Origin: Monocercomonoides exilis PA203
Taxonomy: Eukaryota; Protista; Preaxostyla
Direction of reading: 5' to 3'
NCBI GenBank assembly: GCA_001643675.2
Contig: LSRY02000018.1
Location: 868,001 to 932,000, forward strand
DNA length: 64,000 nt
In this document: positions 25,501 to 38,170 of the stretch, piece after piece
Layout: every line of letters starts with the position of its first letter
How positions within the stretch are numbered: the first letter of the stretch is position 1
Translations under genes and position numbers: made by a program
Notes under the pieces: model-generated
What the model saw: only the letters and a program-made list of their open reading frames with translations
What the model was told of the DNA's origin: nothing
The model's database searches: none

Positions 25501-27537
25501 TGTCTTTTTCGCGCTTTTTGTAGGTGTCCAGTTTTTCAGCCAGTTCAGCAGCTCCTGAATGGATGTCTGATTGCCCATGATGTCTGCGATCTTCGTGGGG
25601 CGATACTTCTGTGCCCAAAGACTTGAACTGAAGTGAACGAAATTTGATGTGGATGATGAAGGTGATTTAAAAAATCATTGTCAGAATGGATGTTTGATTT
25701 ATTGTGTAAGAATAAATTTTTAGAATTGTGAAAGCAATTAAAAACAAAGCAGTCCATTAGAAAAGAAAAGAACAGTTAAAATTGAAAAGAATTTTTACAA
25801 GAAAAATAAAATCTGAGACACAAACTTCACAACTGTAGGCTTAACTGTTGCTTTTATCAGCTTTTGTGGAATGGTCAGCGTTTGCACAGTTTGCGTGTCT
25901 TGTGCTTTATTGTTCTTTAGCAAGTCGAAAAATTCGTCTGACATAGAAAAATTAATCCAAAGAAAAAGACATGAATTTTAAAATTTGTTTAATCATGAAA
26001 AAAAGATAAAATTTAATTGAATGACTTTTCTCGTAAAAAAAAACCACAAATTTTCTTTGATCTCGCTTGTTTTCTTCGCAAACCTTCATTCAATACTTTC
26101 GTTCCCAATTTTTTTGCTTTTTCTGCTTTTGAAAATCCTGTTGCCTTCCCTTGGATGAGATAGTTGACAGTCTTACTAACTGAGCTGTGCACAGTTCTGT
26201 ATAAAAAGTAATCAAAACAGCAATCAAAGAGTTTTCAAATAAAAGGGCAAATTAATAATTATTTAATTTTTTTATCAATCTCAACAAAAATAAGAGCAAC
26301 GTAAATGACTTTTTTCATACAAAAAAATAAAAAAATAATTCTTCACCTTTTTCATATCCTCACAATTTTCCATTTTCACAATGAATCTCTTCATTTTCTT
26401 TTTTGAAAAAAAAATTATTTCTTCATCTACAAACCCTCCATATTGTTTGATAAGATCAATGCATTGCTCTCTTCCCATTGAATCCAGCTGCCCCGTCACC
26501 GCAAAATGCAAGCCAGCCAAGCAGTTTGGCTGTCCAACTGGAATTTGCTTCTTACCTGGATTCGCAGGTCCGTGGCTTTTTGCTGCCAAACTGTAGAAAT
26601 GAAATGCATATTTTAAACAGAAAAACGAAAATAAGTTGTATTATTTTTTCAAAAATACACATTTACGACAATTCATAAGAAAAAATTCAAATACAAATTC
26701 AGAAATTCAAGGTTAAATCCGTTCAGAAAAGCACACTATGGATTGAATTTGCCCTTTACTGGAGCAGGACCGGAATCTTCTTCCTTTTCTTTTGTTTCTT
26801 TTTTCTCCTTCAAAGGTTTTGAAACTTCCTTCTCAACACGTTTTTGCTTACGTGGTGATAACACTTCCGAAGATTGCTTTTCTTGGTGGAGATAAGATTT
26901 TGGATGATCACTCTGACTATCTTGGCTGTCATCCTTTTGAATTGTGATGTGTTGAATTGGCTTTTTTGGAGTATGAATTGGAGGAGAAGCAATAGGAGGT
27001 TGCACATAAGTTTTAGAAGCTGGCTTTAAATCTTGTGTGTGATGTGAAGCTTGCGGGGGTTCATGCAGATCAGGCTTTATATCAAAAGATGAAATAAGTT
27101 CTTCTTTTGGAGATACAGAAAAAGAATCTGGAGAAGAAGGAACAGGCTTTTTTGTAAATGGATCAATTTTTGGTCCACCAACTTTCAAAAATGAAAAGTT
27201 AGATTTTGGAAGAGGAGGTGCTTGGAGAAACGAATCACCTGTCAATTTATCGATCATGACAAAAATTTAAAAAATAGTTCAAAAAAGAGAAAGCATTCGT
27301 AACGAAACATTACAATAATTAAAAACTTTCAAACTGTCTTTCTTTAGCAAAGCAGGTGGAGGAGTCATCGGCATGAAAAGAGGAGGAAGAGTTCCTTTTG
27401 GCTTTTTCGGTAAAATCTCACGCGAAAGATCTATACCCTGTAAATATTGCATAAAAAATTGAAATTAAATAAAGGAGATATTTATAAAATCATTATACCT
27501 TCGTATCATTGTCAAACAAATTTGTTTTTTCAGCCAT
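22501..27537 (-). CDS. RFC1: Replication factor C large subunit (BRCT + AAA+ + RFC1 C-terminal domain), 8 exons
   Basis: BRCT segment NCLAGLHFAVTGQLDSMGREQCIDLIKQYGG, LWAQKYRP, Walker A GQPGIGKT, EFNASDTRS, IMDEVDGM.GGDRGG, PIICICND. Seven frame-consistent GT-AG introns. Confidence 0.93.
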
Positions 27538-27799
27538 TTTAAAATAAAGGGATCTCAATTCTTTTTTAAACATAGTTGATATTTTATCGAAAGTGGTCAA
27601 CATGCATAGGATCATGCTCATTAAAGAAGAAAAATTACATATTTTTTTCAAAAAGCCTTTTATCATCATATTCAGTTTTGTTGAATGCTTTTCTTACCAA
27701 ACTGTTTTCTCAAAATCATCATTCACAAATGTCAAACAAAAAAAAAGTCCATCGTTAAAAAGAATGCATCAATTTTTTGGTATAATCTGACGAGCATGA

Positions 27800-30700
27800 T
27801 TATGTCAAATTTTTGATTTTATTTCTTGTAAATTTTCCTTCGAAAAGTGAAGTTACAACTCTTTCATATGCAACAATGATTAAAGTTGCATTGATAAACA
27901 TCAAATGCTCGTTCTTCTCTTTAGCAGCAATTTTAATTGCTCCAAAAAGAAGATCAGCAAGCTCTGAATTCTGCATTGTTGAAGGAAGATACGAAAATGA
28001 TTGTGCATTTTGTTTGCTTTTGGATAACTTGTCACTTTCGAAATTGGAAGAAAATGAATTTAATGAAGCAGAAATATTCTGTTTCATTGCTCCTCTCTTC
28101 TTTTCTGCTTTTTTGATGTTTATTTCTTCTTTCTTTATAAGTTGTGGATTCTCACTTATCTTCTTCGTCATCGTCATCAAATCAGTATTTTCTTCTTCTT
28201 TTTCATTATCTTCTTCATCTTTTTCATCTTTTTCATCTCCAACTTCAGAAGAAGCAGAAGAAAAAGAGAAAAATGAATAAGAAGAAGAAGAGGAAGAAGA
28301 CAATTGTTTTGACATCTGCAAAAAGGCGTTGTGAAGAGGAAGACTCAAAATAAACTGGAATGCTTCTTCGAATGTCATAACATCTGCTGTTAAAATTGAT
28401 AGACTCTTCATTCTCTGTTGTGTGTTAGATGAAGAAAAAGAAGGGGATGAAGAAGACGACGAAGAAGAAGAAGACGAGGAGGAGGAAGAAGAAGAAGAGG
28501 AGGAGGGAGAAGAAGCAGGAGAAGAGGAAAGAGAAGAAGAAGAAGCGATTTCATTGAAGTAGCCAATCAGATGACTCACAATGAAGTGTGGATTGAAAGA
28601 ATAGCAGAGAAGCTGAGTGAGAAATTCTTGTTTTGTCAGCTGGATGCTTTCGAATGTTTGGACAAGATGAGAAGGTGAAAGGAGGAAGTCATACGGGAAA
28701 GGAGGGGAAGAGGAAGAGGAGGAAGAGGAGGAAGAGGAGGAAGAGGAGGAAGAAGAAGGAGGAGATTGAGAAGAAGAAGAAGAAGGAGGAGGAGGAGAAG
28801 AAGAAGAAGAAGGAGGAGATTGAGAAGAAGAAGAAGAAGAAGAAGAAGATGATGATGATGATGATGATGAAGAATCAGTCAAGTTTGATGAATTATCATC
28901 ATTTTTCTGTTCTTCTGTATTTTCTGATGAAGGTGACAATAAATCTTTTGAGGAGAAAGCCGAAGGAAAAGAGGAAATAGACAAAGAAGTTAGAAGTGAT
29001 GAAAGAGAAAAATTTTTGAAAGAAGAAGAAGAAGAAGAGGAAGAAGAAGAGGAAGAGGAAGAGGAAGAAATTGAAGAAGAAATTAATGAAGAAGAAGAAG
29101 AAGAAGAAGAAGCAAATAAAGAAGAATCCAATGAATCCATCCCACTTATTGGAGAAAACAAAATCATTGGATTAATTTTGTGTGAAAATGTTGTCGATGA
29201 AATTTGCTCAAAAAACTTCAAAGAAGCTTTTCGGCTTTGCAAAAACGGCTTTTCAAAGGGAGTTCTTTTGATTGAACTGAAAATGGCTGAAACGTTGAAT
29301 GGAAGATTGACTTTGCAGCTTTGTTTATTATTGGTTATTTTTTGGTTATTTTTTGTTGCTTTTTTATTATTTTTATTATCAATATCCTTCACATTTTTCT
29401 TCTTCGTGTTTTGATAAGAATTTGAGATTGAAGATGATTTTCTTGTTAAATAGCTAGTTTCGATTGTCTGATTGATGTTCGGAGAAATTTGAGGCATATC
29501 CGGAGAAATAGATATGTTTTCTGCTGTTAAAGCATTCTTTTCAGCTGAACTGTTTTGAATTTGCTTTTTCTTTGTTCTTTTTGTGTGTTCAGATTTCAAT
29601 TTATCTCCCTCCTCCTCTTCCTCTTTTTCATCTCCAGCTTCAATCTCTACAACTTTTTCTTCTTCTTCTTCTCTTCCTTCTTCTCCCTCTCCCTCTTCCT
29701 CTCCTTCTCCTTCTCCTTCTCCTTCTCCTTCTCCTTCTCCTTCTCCTTCTCCTTCTCCTTCTCCTTCTCCTTCTTCCTCTCCTTCTTCCTCTCCTTCTTC
29801 CTCTCCTTCTCCTTCTCCATCAAAGCACATTCCATTCATTCTGCAGGCACGAAACATCGTCAAAGGAGATTCATTTACTTCACACAGCTCATCAATCAAC
29901 ATTTCACTTCTGAACCTCCTCTTTCTATTGCTTTCTTCTTCTTCTTCTTCTTCTTCTTCTTCTTCTTCGTCTTCGTCTTCGTCTTTCTCTTCTTCTTCAA
30001 TCAAAAAATCATTGAATTCATCATCATCATCATCATCTTCTTCTTCTTCTTCTTCTTTCTTCCTCTCTCTTTCTTCTCTCTCAATTTCTTTTATTATTGG
30101 TATTTTCGATATATTCGACAAATAAGAGTTTTCTGTAAGTTTTGTAGCATCTTTCAGAAGTTCGTTCAAATTTTCATTTTTCCCTTTGCATTCTGCTTTA
30201 TAACCTTCAAGAAATGATAAAATCTCTTTTCCCTTTTCAATATCGATTTTATTTGTTATTTCTTCTTCTTCTTTCTCTTCTTTATTCCTTTTCTCTCCTT
30301 TCTCCCCTCTCTTTTTCTCTTTCTTTTTCTCTTTTTCTCTTTCTCCTTCCAAATCTTCACTATTATCAAAAGTTTCTTCTCCTTCTTCCCTTTCATCTTC
30401 ATCTGATTCATCAAGCATCAAACAAAATGGAATTTTCCTTTCTTCTTCTTCCTCCTCCTCATCTTCTTTCTCATCTTTTCCTTCTTCTCTTTCTCTTCCT
30501 TCTTTTCCTTCCTCTTTTCCTTCCTCTTTTCCTTCCTCTTTTCCTTCCTCTTTTCCTTCCTCTTTTCCTTTTCCTTTTCCTCTCCCTCTCTTTCTTTCAA
30601 TCACAACATCTTCCACTCTCTCAAACTCAAACTTAGTCGGCTTATAAAACGTGAAAATTTCATTCGCCAATTCTTCTGTTTGCATCTTGTCGATTTTCCC

Positions 30701-33672
30701 CATCTCTTCTTTCTCCTCTTGCTTCTTCATTTCCTTCCATTTTCGGTCGAAAATTGGATTTATGATATTCTTCTTCTTCTTCTTCTTCTTCTTCTTTTTC
30801 TTCTTTGTTGTTATCATCATCATATTCATGCAGTTGTTATTCAATATGCAATTATTTTCATTATTTTCATCTATTTCCATTTCTTTTTTCTCTTCTTTCT
30901 CTTCTTTCTCTTCTTCCTCTATCATTTCCTTCTCCTCCTTCTCCTCTTCTCTTTCTTCTTCTTCCACTTCTTCTTCTTCCTTCACTTCCTTCTTCTCCTT
31001 CTCTTCTTCTATTAATCCTTTTTCTCCTCTTCTTTCTCCTTCTCCTTCATCATCATCATCATCATCATCTTCTTCTTCTTCTTCTTCTTCTTCTCCTTCC
31101 TTGTTCATTCCATTTTTCCCTTCAAATTCCTTCTGTATTTCATTTATGCTGTCCAAAAAGAAAGAAGAAATTCGATCTATCAAAGTTGAATGAGAAGAAG
31201 GTTTTGCAACTTTTTGAGGAGAAAATAGAGAAACATCTTGTTGGTTGGAGTTTGAGGGATGTTTTGAGGGAGAAGAAGAAGAAAAAGATGATGGTGATGA
31301 CGAAGAAAGATTTGAAGAAGAAAGTGATAATGAAGAAAAAGAAGGCGATGAAGGTGATGAAGGTGATGAAGATGATTTTTTAACTTCTTGAATTTTTTCT
31401 TGTTTAAGGTTTTGCTTTTGTTCTTTTTCTTTTTCTTTTTCTTTTTCTTTTTCTTTTTCTTTTTCTTTTTCTTTTTCTTTTTCTTTTTCTTTTTCTTTTT
31501 CTGGCTTTATTTCTGATTCTTTTTCTTTTTCTTTTTCCTTTTCCTTTTCTTCCTTTTCTTCCTTTTCTTTCTTTTCTTTCTTTTCTTTTCCAATTTCTGT
31601 TTCATTCTGCAATGAATGAAGAGAAGTCTTAGGAATAAGAGGCAAAGGCGATTCAAATGGATTTCTTGCTGTGTAAGGTGGAAGAACAGAAGGACGTTGC
31701 TTTGGAGGGGAAGAAAGAGAAGAAGAAAGAGAAGAAGATGATGACGAATTTATAGAAGAAGAAAAAGAAGCAGAAGAAGCAGAAGAAGCAGAAGAAGCAG
31801 AAGAAGCAGAAGAAGCAGAAGAAGCAGAAGAAGCAGAAGAAGCAGAAGAAGCAGAAGAATGTGAAGAAAGAGGAAGAGATGAACAATCATTATTATTATT
31901 ATTTGTTTTTGAAGAAGAAGAAGAAGAAGAAGAAGAAGAAGAAGAGGGAGAAGAAGAAGCTAATGATGATGATGTTTTTGCCATTGATGAAGAATGAGAT
32001 ATATTTTGAATTGAATTTAGTGTAGAAGAGTTTGATATGGTTTGTGAAGGAGTAATAGAAGGAGAAGGAGAGGGAGAGGGAGAGGGAGAGGTGGAAGGAG
32101 AGGGAGAGGGAGAGGGAGAGATGGAAGGAGAAGGCGTTAAAGAAGGAGAAGGAGAAGGAGAAAAAGAAGAAGAAGGAAGGGAAGATAAAGAACATGGAAT
32201 AGCAGAAGCAAGAGAATGAGCAGCAACTGCTGCAGAAGCAGAGTCTGAAGGAGAAGGAGAAGGAGAAGAAGATGAAGAAGAAGAAATTGATGATGATATT
32301 GTTGCTGTTGAAGATGTGAAAGAAGAAGAAGAAGAAGAACCAGAAATCATCTCATTTTGTTTCTTTTCATTTTGATCAGTCAAACTTGCACATTTACGTT
32401 CTTCTGATGTTTCACTGGCTTTCTCCTTTTCAACTGGAGATTTCGATTTTGAAGGCATAGAAGACGATGAAGGCAATGAAGAAGATGAGGAAGAAGCAGA
32501 AGAAGATGTTGATGATGAAGGTGAAAGAGAAAGAGAAGAAGAAGAAGATGATGATGATGAAGCAGAAGATGAAGGAGAAGGAGAAGGTGACTGAGATGGT
32601 GATTGAGGTGGAGAAAGCGATGCCAAAAAGGACAAAAGAGAAGAAGGCATAGAAAGAGGCAGCTCTGATGGGATTGGAGGAATAAGAGCGAGATTTGGCA
32701 GGAAACCGGTCTCGTAGTTTAAAGAAGGGGTTAATAGCTGGGAATTAGAGGGAGAATGAGAAGGGGTTTGAGAAGGGGTTTGAGAAGGGGTTTGAGAAGG
32801 TGTTTGAGAAAGAGAAAGAGAACGTGAATGCGAATGTGAGTGAGAAAGTGATTGTGGTTGAGTTTGCGATTGTGATTGCAAGTTATCTTGACCGCTGCGC
32901 AGTGGTGTAGAAGCTGCTGGATGCTTTGGTGTTTCTTTGATGGTTGGCGTTTTTGTGAGGTTTTTCTCTGAATCTTGGTTGGAATTTGTAAGTGAAAAGG
33001 CTTTGGTGCTTTGGGTTGAATCTGGTATTATCATTGTCTGGACAACTATTGGAGTGTTTTCTTTTGTCGGAGTTGATGGACTTTCATCTGAAACTTTTTC
33101 TTGTGCTGAAACATTGGAAAAATTGTGATCTTTAAGAATGGTTGACCCTTCAGGTTTTTTTGTTGAAATAAAATTTACATTTGACGAAGCTTTTTGACTC
33201 TCATTTTTGCTTTGTGTGTCAGGCTCAGATTTCTTTTTCTTTGTTTGCATTTTGCTTTCTTTTTTGATGAGTGAAGTAATTAATGAAATCTCTTTCAAAT
33301 TAAAAAGATTGTCAACTTGAAAATGATTTCCAGAATTTTTCATTAGCTTCAATAGATCTTTTGCTGATGGAAGTCTGAAGTCTTGACGATTTTTTCTTTG
33401 CTCAGAAGAAGTTGAAAAATTTCTTTTTGTAGAAAAATCACTTTCACTTTCACTATTAAATAGACTGTCAGAGTCATCATCCGTCTTTTGTTGAGGAACA
33501 TAACGTTTATTTTCTAGAACTTTGTTCGATTCCATCTGTATTGAGTTATCTTCCATGGAATCTGGAAACAACTAAATTTTGGAATGTATCAAAATATTAA
33601 ACACAAATAAAATTAAAAATAGGAATGAAAAGTAAAAAAATATAAGTTCCATACAGATGAATCGTCATCCAT
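27800..33672 (-). CDS. Hypothetical ~1929-aa low-complexity (Ser/Pro/Glu/Lys) protein; exons 33672-33655 and 33571-27800
   Basis: 5.8-kb open frame plus a short first exon MDDDSS with a GTATGG...TAG intron; no recognisable domain. Confidence 0.65.
29695..29820. repeat. (TCTCCT)n hexamer repeat encoding a Glu-Gly tract
   Basis: Tandem array visible in the sequence. Confidence 0.9.
31420..31500. repeat. (TTTTTC)n hexamer repeat encoding an (EK)n tract
   Basis: Tandem array visible in the sequence. Confidence 0.9.
31766..31858. repeat. (GAAGCAGAA)n 9-mer repeat encoding an (SAS)n tract
   Basis: About 10 perfect tandem copies. Confidence 0.9.
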
Positions 33673-34275
33673 GCAACAAATTTATTGGGCAAAAATTTCT
33701 CAAAAACTTTCAGAAAAAAAATTTGTAATGGCTCTTAAGGAGAGTTTTAAATCAAATTTATATTATACTGAAAGAAGTGAGAATTCCTTCATCATATTTT
33801 ATAATTCAAAATTGAATCACCAATCAAATAACCACCCGCTGACTTGAAGGAATCTGCATTAATTATTTGTTCATGAACAAATGGAGTTTTTTCATTTCTT
33901 TTTAATTTCAAAAAGAATGAATGAAAACATAAACAATGTTCTTGAAATGTAATCATTCTCTTGGATAGTTTATCAAAATGAAAGGAAATATTTTTTCTTA
34001 TTTTAATCTTGCACAAAATATTCATTTAATTTTTCATTTATCCGAGGATTAAGTTTGAGAACAAAATAATTAACAAGATAATATCTTCAAAATAATCGAA
34101 TGACTGATAAAAAAACATAGAATCATAATCATTTTAAAGAGAAAAATCATTCTATTCCATTTTATTTGCTTTCGTTTTTTAATTAAATAAACAAATATTT
34201 CATCATTTCTTTAAATATTGCTAAAAAAATGAAAAAATAAAATAAAAAAAAAAAAAAAAAAAAAAATTCTTTCAC

Positions 34276-36319
34276 TTAACCAAAAAAGGATGTGAAATCA
34301 ATGGCAGGAGAAGCCTGAGGGGTTGGATTTGATGCATTTTGCATTGAAAAAGAAGCTGAGGAAGAAGAAGAAGAAGAAGAAGAAGAAGAAGAAAGAGGAG
34401 GAGAAGGAGAAGGATTTGAAAAAACAGTTGAAGAAGGAGAAGAAGAATTAGCAGGAGAAGAGAACGAAGAGAAATTAAAGAAAGCAGATTGAGAAGAAGA
34501 AGAAGAAGAAGAGGAGGAGGAGGAAGAATTAGAAAGAGGAACAAGAGGTGTCAACTTCTTTGTTTGAATAGGATTTTCATTTTGTTTAGCTTTTATTGCT
34601 GAATTATTTTTATTTCTTCTTCCTTCTTCTTCTTCTTCCTCTTCCTCTTCCTCTTCATCATCTTCTCCTTCTTCTATAACAACATTAGCAAAGCTATCCA
34701 TTTTCATGTCTTTTGGGTTGAAATATTCAGAATTTCTTGTTTTTTCTTCAAAATTGTTTGTTTTCTTGTCAAAATTGTTCATTTCGAAGGAAAAAGAAGG
34801 AAGCTGTGAAGAAGAAGAAGAAGAAGGTAATGATGAAGAATTTATAGGAGGAGGAGGAGAAGAAGAAGAAGATGATGATGAAGAAGAAAAATCAACTTGT
34901 TTTGAAGAAGAAGGGGAAGAAGAAGAAGAAGAAGAATTTGAAGGAGAAAAAGAAAACAAGTCATTTTGAGAAGAGAAAGAAAGAGGTTGAGGAAAAGAAT
35001 CAGAAAAAGAGAAGGAATTTGGAGGAATATTGTTATCTATCATTGGAAGAGGAAGAGGTTGAGAAGAAGAAGAAGAAGAAGAAGAAGGAAGAGAAGAAGA
35101 AGAAGAGGAGGAGGAGGAGGAAGTAGAGGAGGAAGAAGAAGAAGGAGAAGAAGAAGGTGAGAAAGAAGAAGAAGATGATGATAAAATAGAAGAAGAAGCA
35201 GAAGAAGAGGAAGGAGAGAAAGAAGAAGAATATAAAGAAGAAGATGATGATGAAAATTTTGAACCATTTCCAACATTATTCAAAAACTCCTCCAGTTCTT
35301 TCTTCGCCTCTTCTTCTTCTCTTTCCAATGAATTTATTTCTTTTCTTTTTTCCTCCATTTTTCTATTCATTTCTTCAGATTGTTGATTGTAATGCTTCAA
35401 AGAAGAAGAAGAGAGATTCAATTTGAGCGAAAGACTAAATAAACTGCTTTGAAGACGGGTTATTTCTGAGAGCTGCATTGTTATCTGATGAAAGAGTGGA
35501 AGAGGAAAGAGGAAAGAAGAGAAGGAGAAGGAGAAGGAGGAAGAGAAGGAGGAAGAGAAGGAGGAAGAGAAGGAGGAAGAAAAGGAGGAAGAGAAGGAGG
35601 AAGAGAAAAATATATAGAGACAAAGATAAACATAACATTTGTGAATAGGGGGGAAAAAAACAGGGAATTTTTAATACAATGAGATTGAAAACAAGACAAA
35701 AAAAACAAAAACAAAAATCCATCAAACCTTCTGTTTAAGTTCTTCTTCCATCTTTTTCTCTTCCATTTTTCTTTTCCTTATCTTTTCTTCTGCTTCTGCT
35801 TCTTCTTCTCTTCTTCTTTGCAATAAAATTTCGTTTTCTCTATTAAAATTAGTTGAATAAGAATGTTGAGAAAATTGAGAGGGAGAAGAAGAAGAAGAAA
35901 AGGAAGAGGAAGAAGAAGGAAAAGAAGAAGAAGAAGAAGAAGTTGGATTAAAAGAAGAAGGAGGAGGAGAATTAAAAGAAGAAGAAGAAGAAGAGGAGGA
36001 GGAGGAGGAGGAGGAGGAAGGAGATGACGAAAACGAAGAAGAAAATGAAGAAGAAGCTAAATTCGAAGGATTGCTAGAAGAAGATGTATCAGAAATAGGA
36101 TTTTGTTGATTGGATGAAGGAAGCATAGAAATAAGCATATCATCTGAAGCAGTGGATGAAGAAGAGGAAGGGGAAGAAGAAGAAGATGTTAAAGAAGAAG
36201 AAGACGATGAAGGAGAAAGAGAAGATGAGGAGGAAGAAGTATCTGGCAATGAAGAAGAAGAAGAAGAAGCGGAAACAGAAGAAGAAGAAGAAGAAGAAGA
36301 AGAGGAGGAGGAGGAAGAG

Positions 36320-36357
<38 letters not shown>

Positions 36358-37835
36358 TGATGATAAAGATGAAGAAGAGGATGATGAAAACAAAGCAGAA
36401 GGAACTCCATCTCCAAGCATCGACTGGAATGCGGATGTTATTGATGATATGAGTGGATCTTCTGTTTCCTCTTCCTTCATCACTGGAGCAGGAGCAGGAG
36501 CAGGAGCAGGATCAGGTGCAGGTGCAGTTGAAGAAGAAGTAGAAGAAGCAGTTGTCGTAATAGGCGCCTGCGATTGTTGCTGATTAGCATACATTTGTGA
36601 AGCATCTCCTTGTGTTGCTTTGCCACTTTGATCCATTCCAAAGCCAAATCCAAAGCCAAGTCCCTGTTGAGACTGCTGATTTGGTTGTTGTTGCTGTTGC
36701 TGCTGCTGCATCGGAGCCTGCTGTGGGTAATCACGCATCCCACCATATCCGCTAGCACCTGCTGCTCCTGCTCCTGCTCCTCCTCCTCCGATCATTCCTT
36801 GCTGCGAATACGGAGGAAGCTGCTGCTGCGAGAAAGAGCCTCCAAGCATCCCTCCTCCCACATTCATCTCACCTGCACCTGAACTGCTCATCATCAGCTG
36901 CCCATTCATTGAAGGCTGATTCAAACTTTGTACCTGTGAAAAGGAAGACTGGCTTGAATTTGACTGAAGAGCTGCATTTGACTGAGGAGCGGGATCTGAA
37001 GCAGGCGCCGGTGATGCAATGGACAACGTGGGGAGACTGGAAAGCAGAGCAGGGGGAATTTCTGATGGGATTTGTATCCCTTTCTTTTTTTGGTTGGCCA
37101 AAAACACAATTGCAACAAATGTGTCTTTGGTGATTGTACCGTGCTGAGGATTCAATAACTGCAAGATCTGCATCGCATCATCCATCATTGAGCCGTTTTT
37201 GACAAGAAAATCTCGGACTTTCTCTTCTTTCATAAATGGAAGTCCAACAGATCCTTGATTAAACACAATTCTCAATTCATCGATTTCTGATTGAGGAATC
37301 GAAAAAGGATCAGAAGGAGATTGCGGTTGAGCTGGATCTTGACTCGGAGTTGCTTGATATGGAGAAGGTCCAGATGGTCCAGAAGTCTAAAATTGGAAAT
37401 TAGCATGAAAGATTCAACACATAAAAAATCAAAAGCAAACTGCTTGTTGAAACATAGGCGTTGATGGATCTAAATATCATATGAAACGAAAAATATCAAA
37501 AATAACCAAAGCACTTGAAATATTGTTGTTTTTAAACCTCTATAAGATCGAATAACATTTGGATCCATGATATTCAATCCACGTTGAACCATTGCAATAA
37601 GCCTAAGCGCATAAAAAAAGTCATTTTTAGTGAGGAATGGAGTGCTTGGTTGAGCACTTTGAGACCAAATATATCCTAGTGCTTGCCGTGGAATATTCGA
37701 AGATTCCAGGACCATTGCCTTTGACATTGGAAAAACACCTCCTTCACTCCATAAATTAAAGTAATAATTGAAGCATTGCTGTTCCTCTAAAGTGTAAGGA
37801 GGGCCTGTCTCTCTTGTTGGAGCAGAAAATTGCAT
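34276..37835 (-). CDS. EH-domain endocytic scaffold (Eps15/Ede1-like); exons 37835-37538, 37469-37441, 37386-35728, 35472-34276
   Basis: EH1: LESSNIPRQALGYIWSQS...LTKNDFFYALRLIAMVQRG. Degenerate EH2: ITKDTFVAIVFL...GIQIPSEIPPAL. Followed by Q/S-rich and coiled-coil regions. A 29-nt exon is required to restore the phase. Confidence 0.8.
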
Positions 37836-38170
37836 AATTAAATGAATTCTTTATTCAAAACAATAAAGGGTTTCAAATATTCAACAAATTTTAACACCTC
37901 CGATTGATTCTTCATTATTATTTAAGAAACATTGATTTTTTTTCCCTTTGAAATTTATTTTTGAAATGTTTTTCGTTTTTTCGAAATAGAATTTTTCAAA
38001 AATTCATTTTTTGAGCTAATATTTGCTTAAGTCTGTTTTCTTTTTGATAGATCATTGATTAATATTTTTTGCATTAAAATTGATAAATTGAAAAATCAAT
38101 TTTCGTTTATAACGCGATTATTTACGATCGCAACCATTGTTTTCCATTTATAACTTGCTGATTTTTAATA

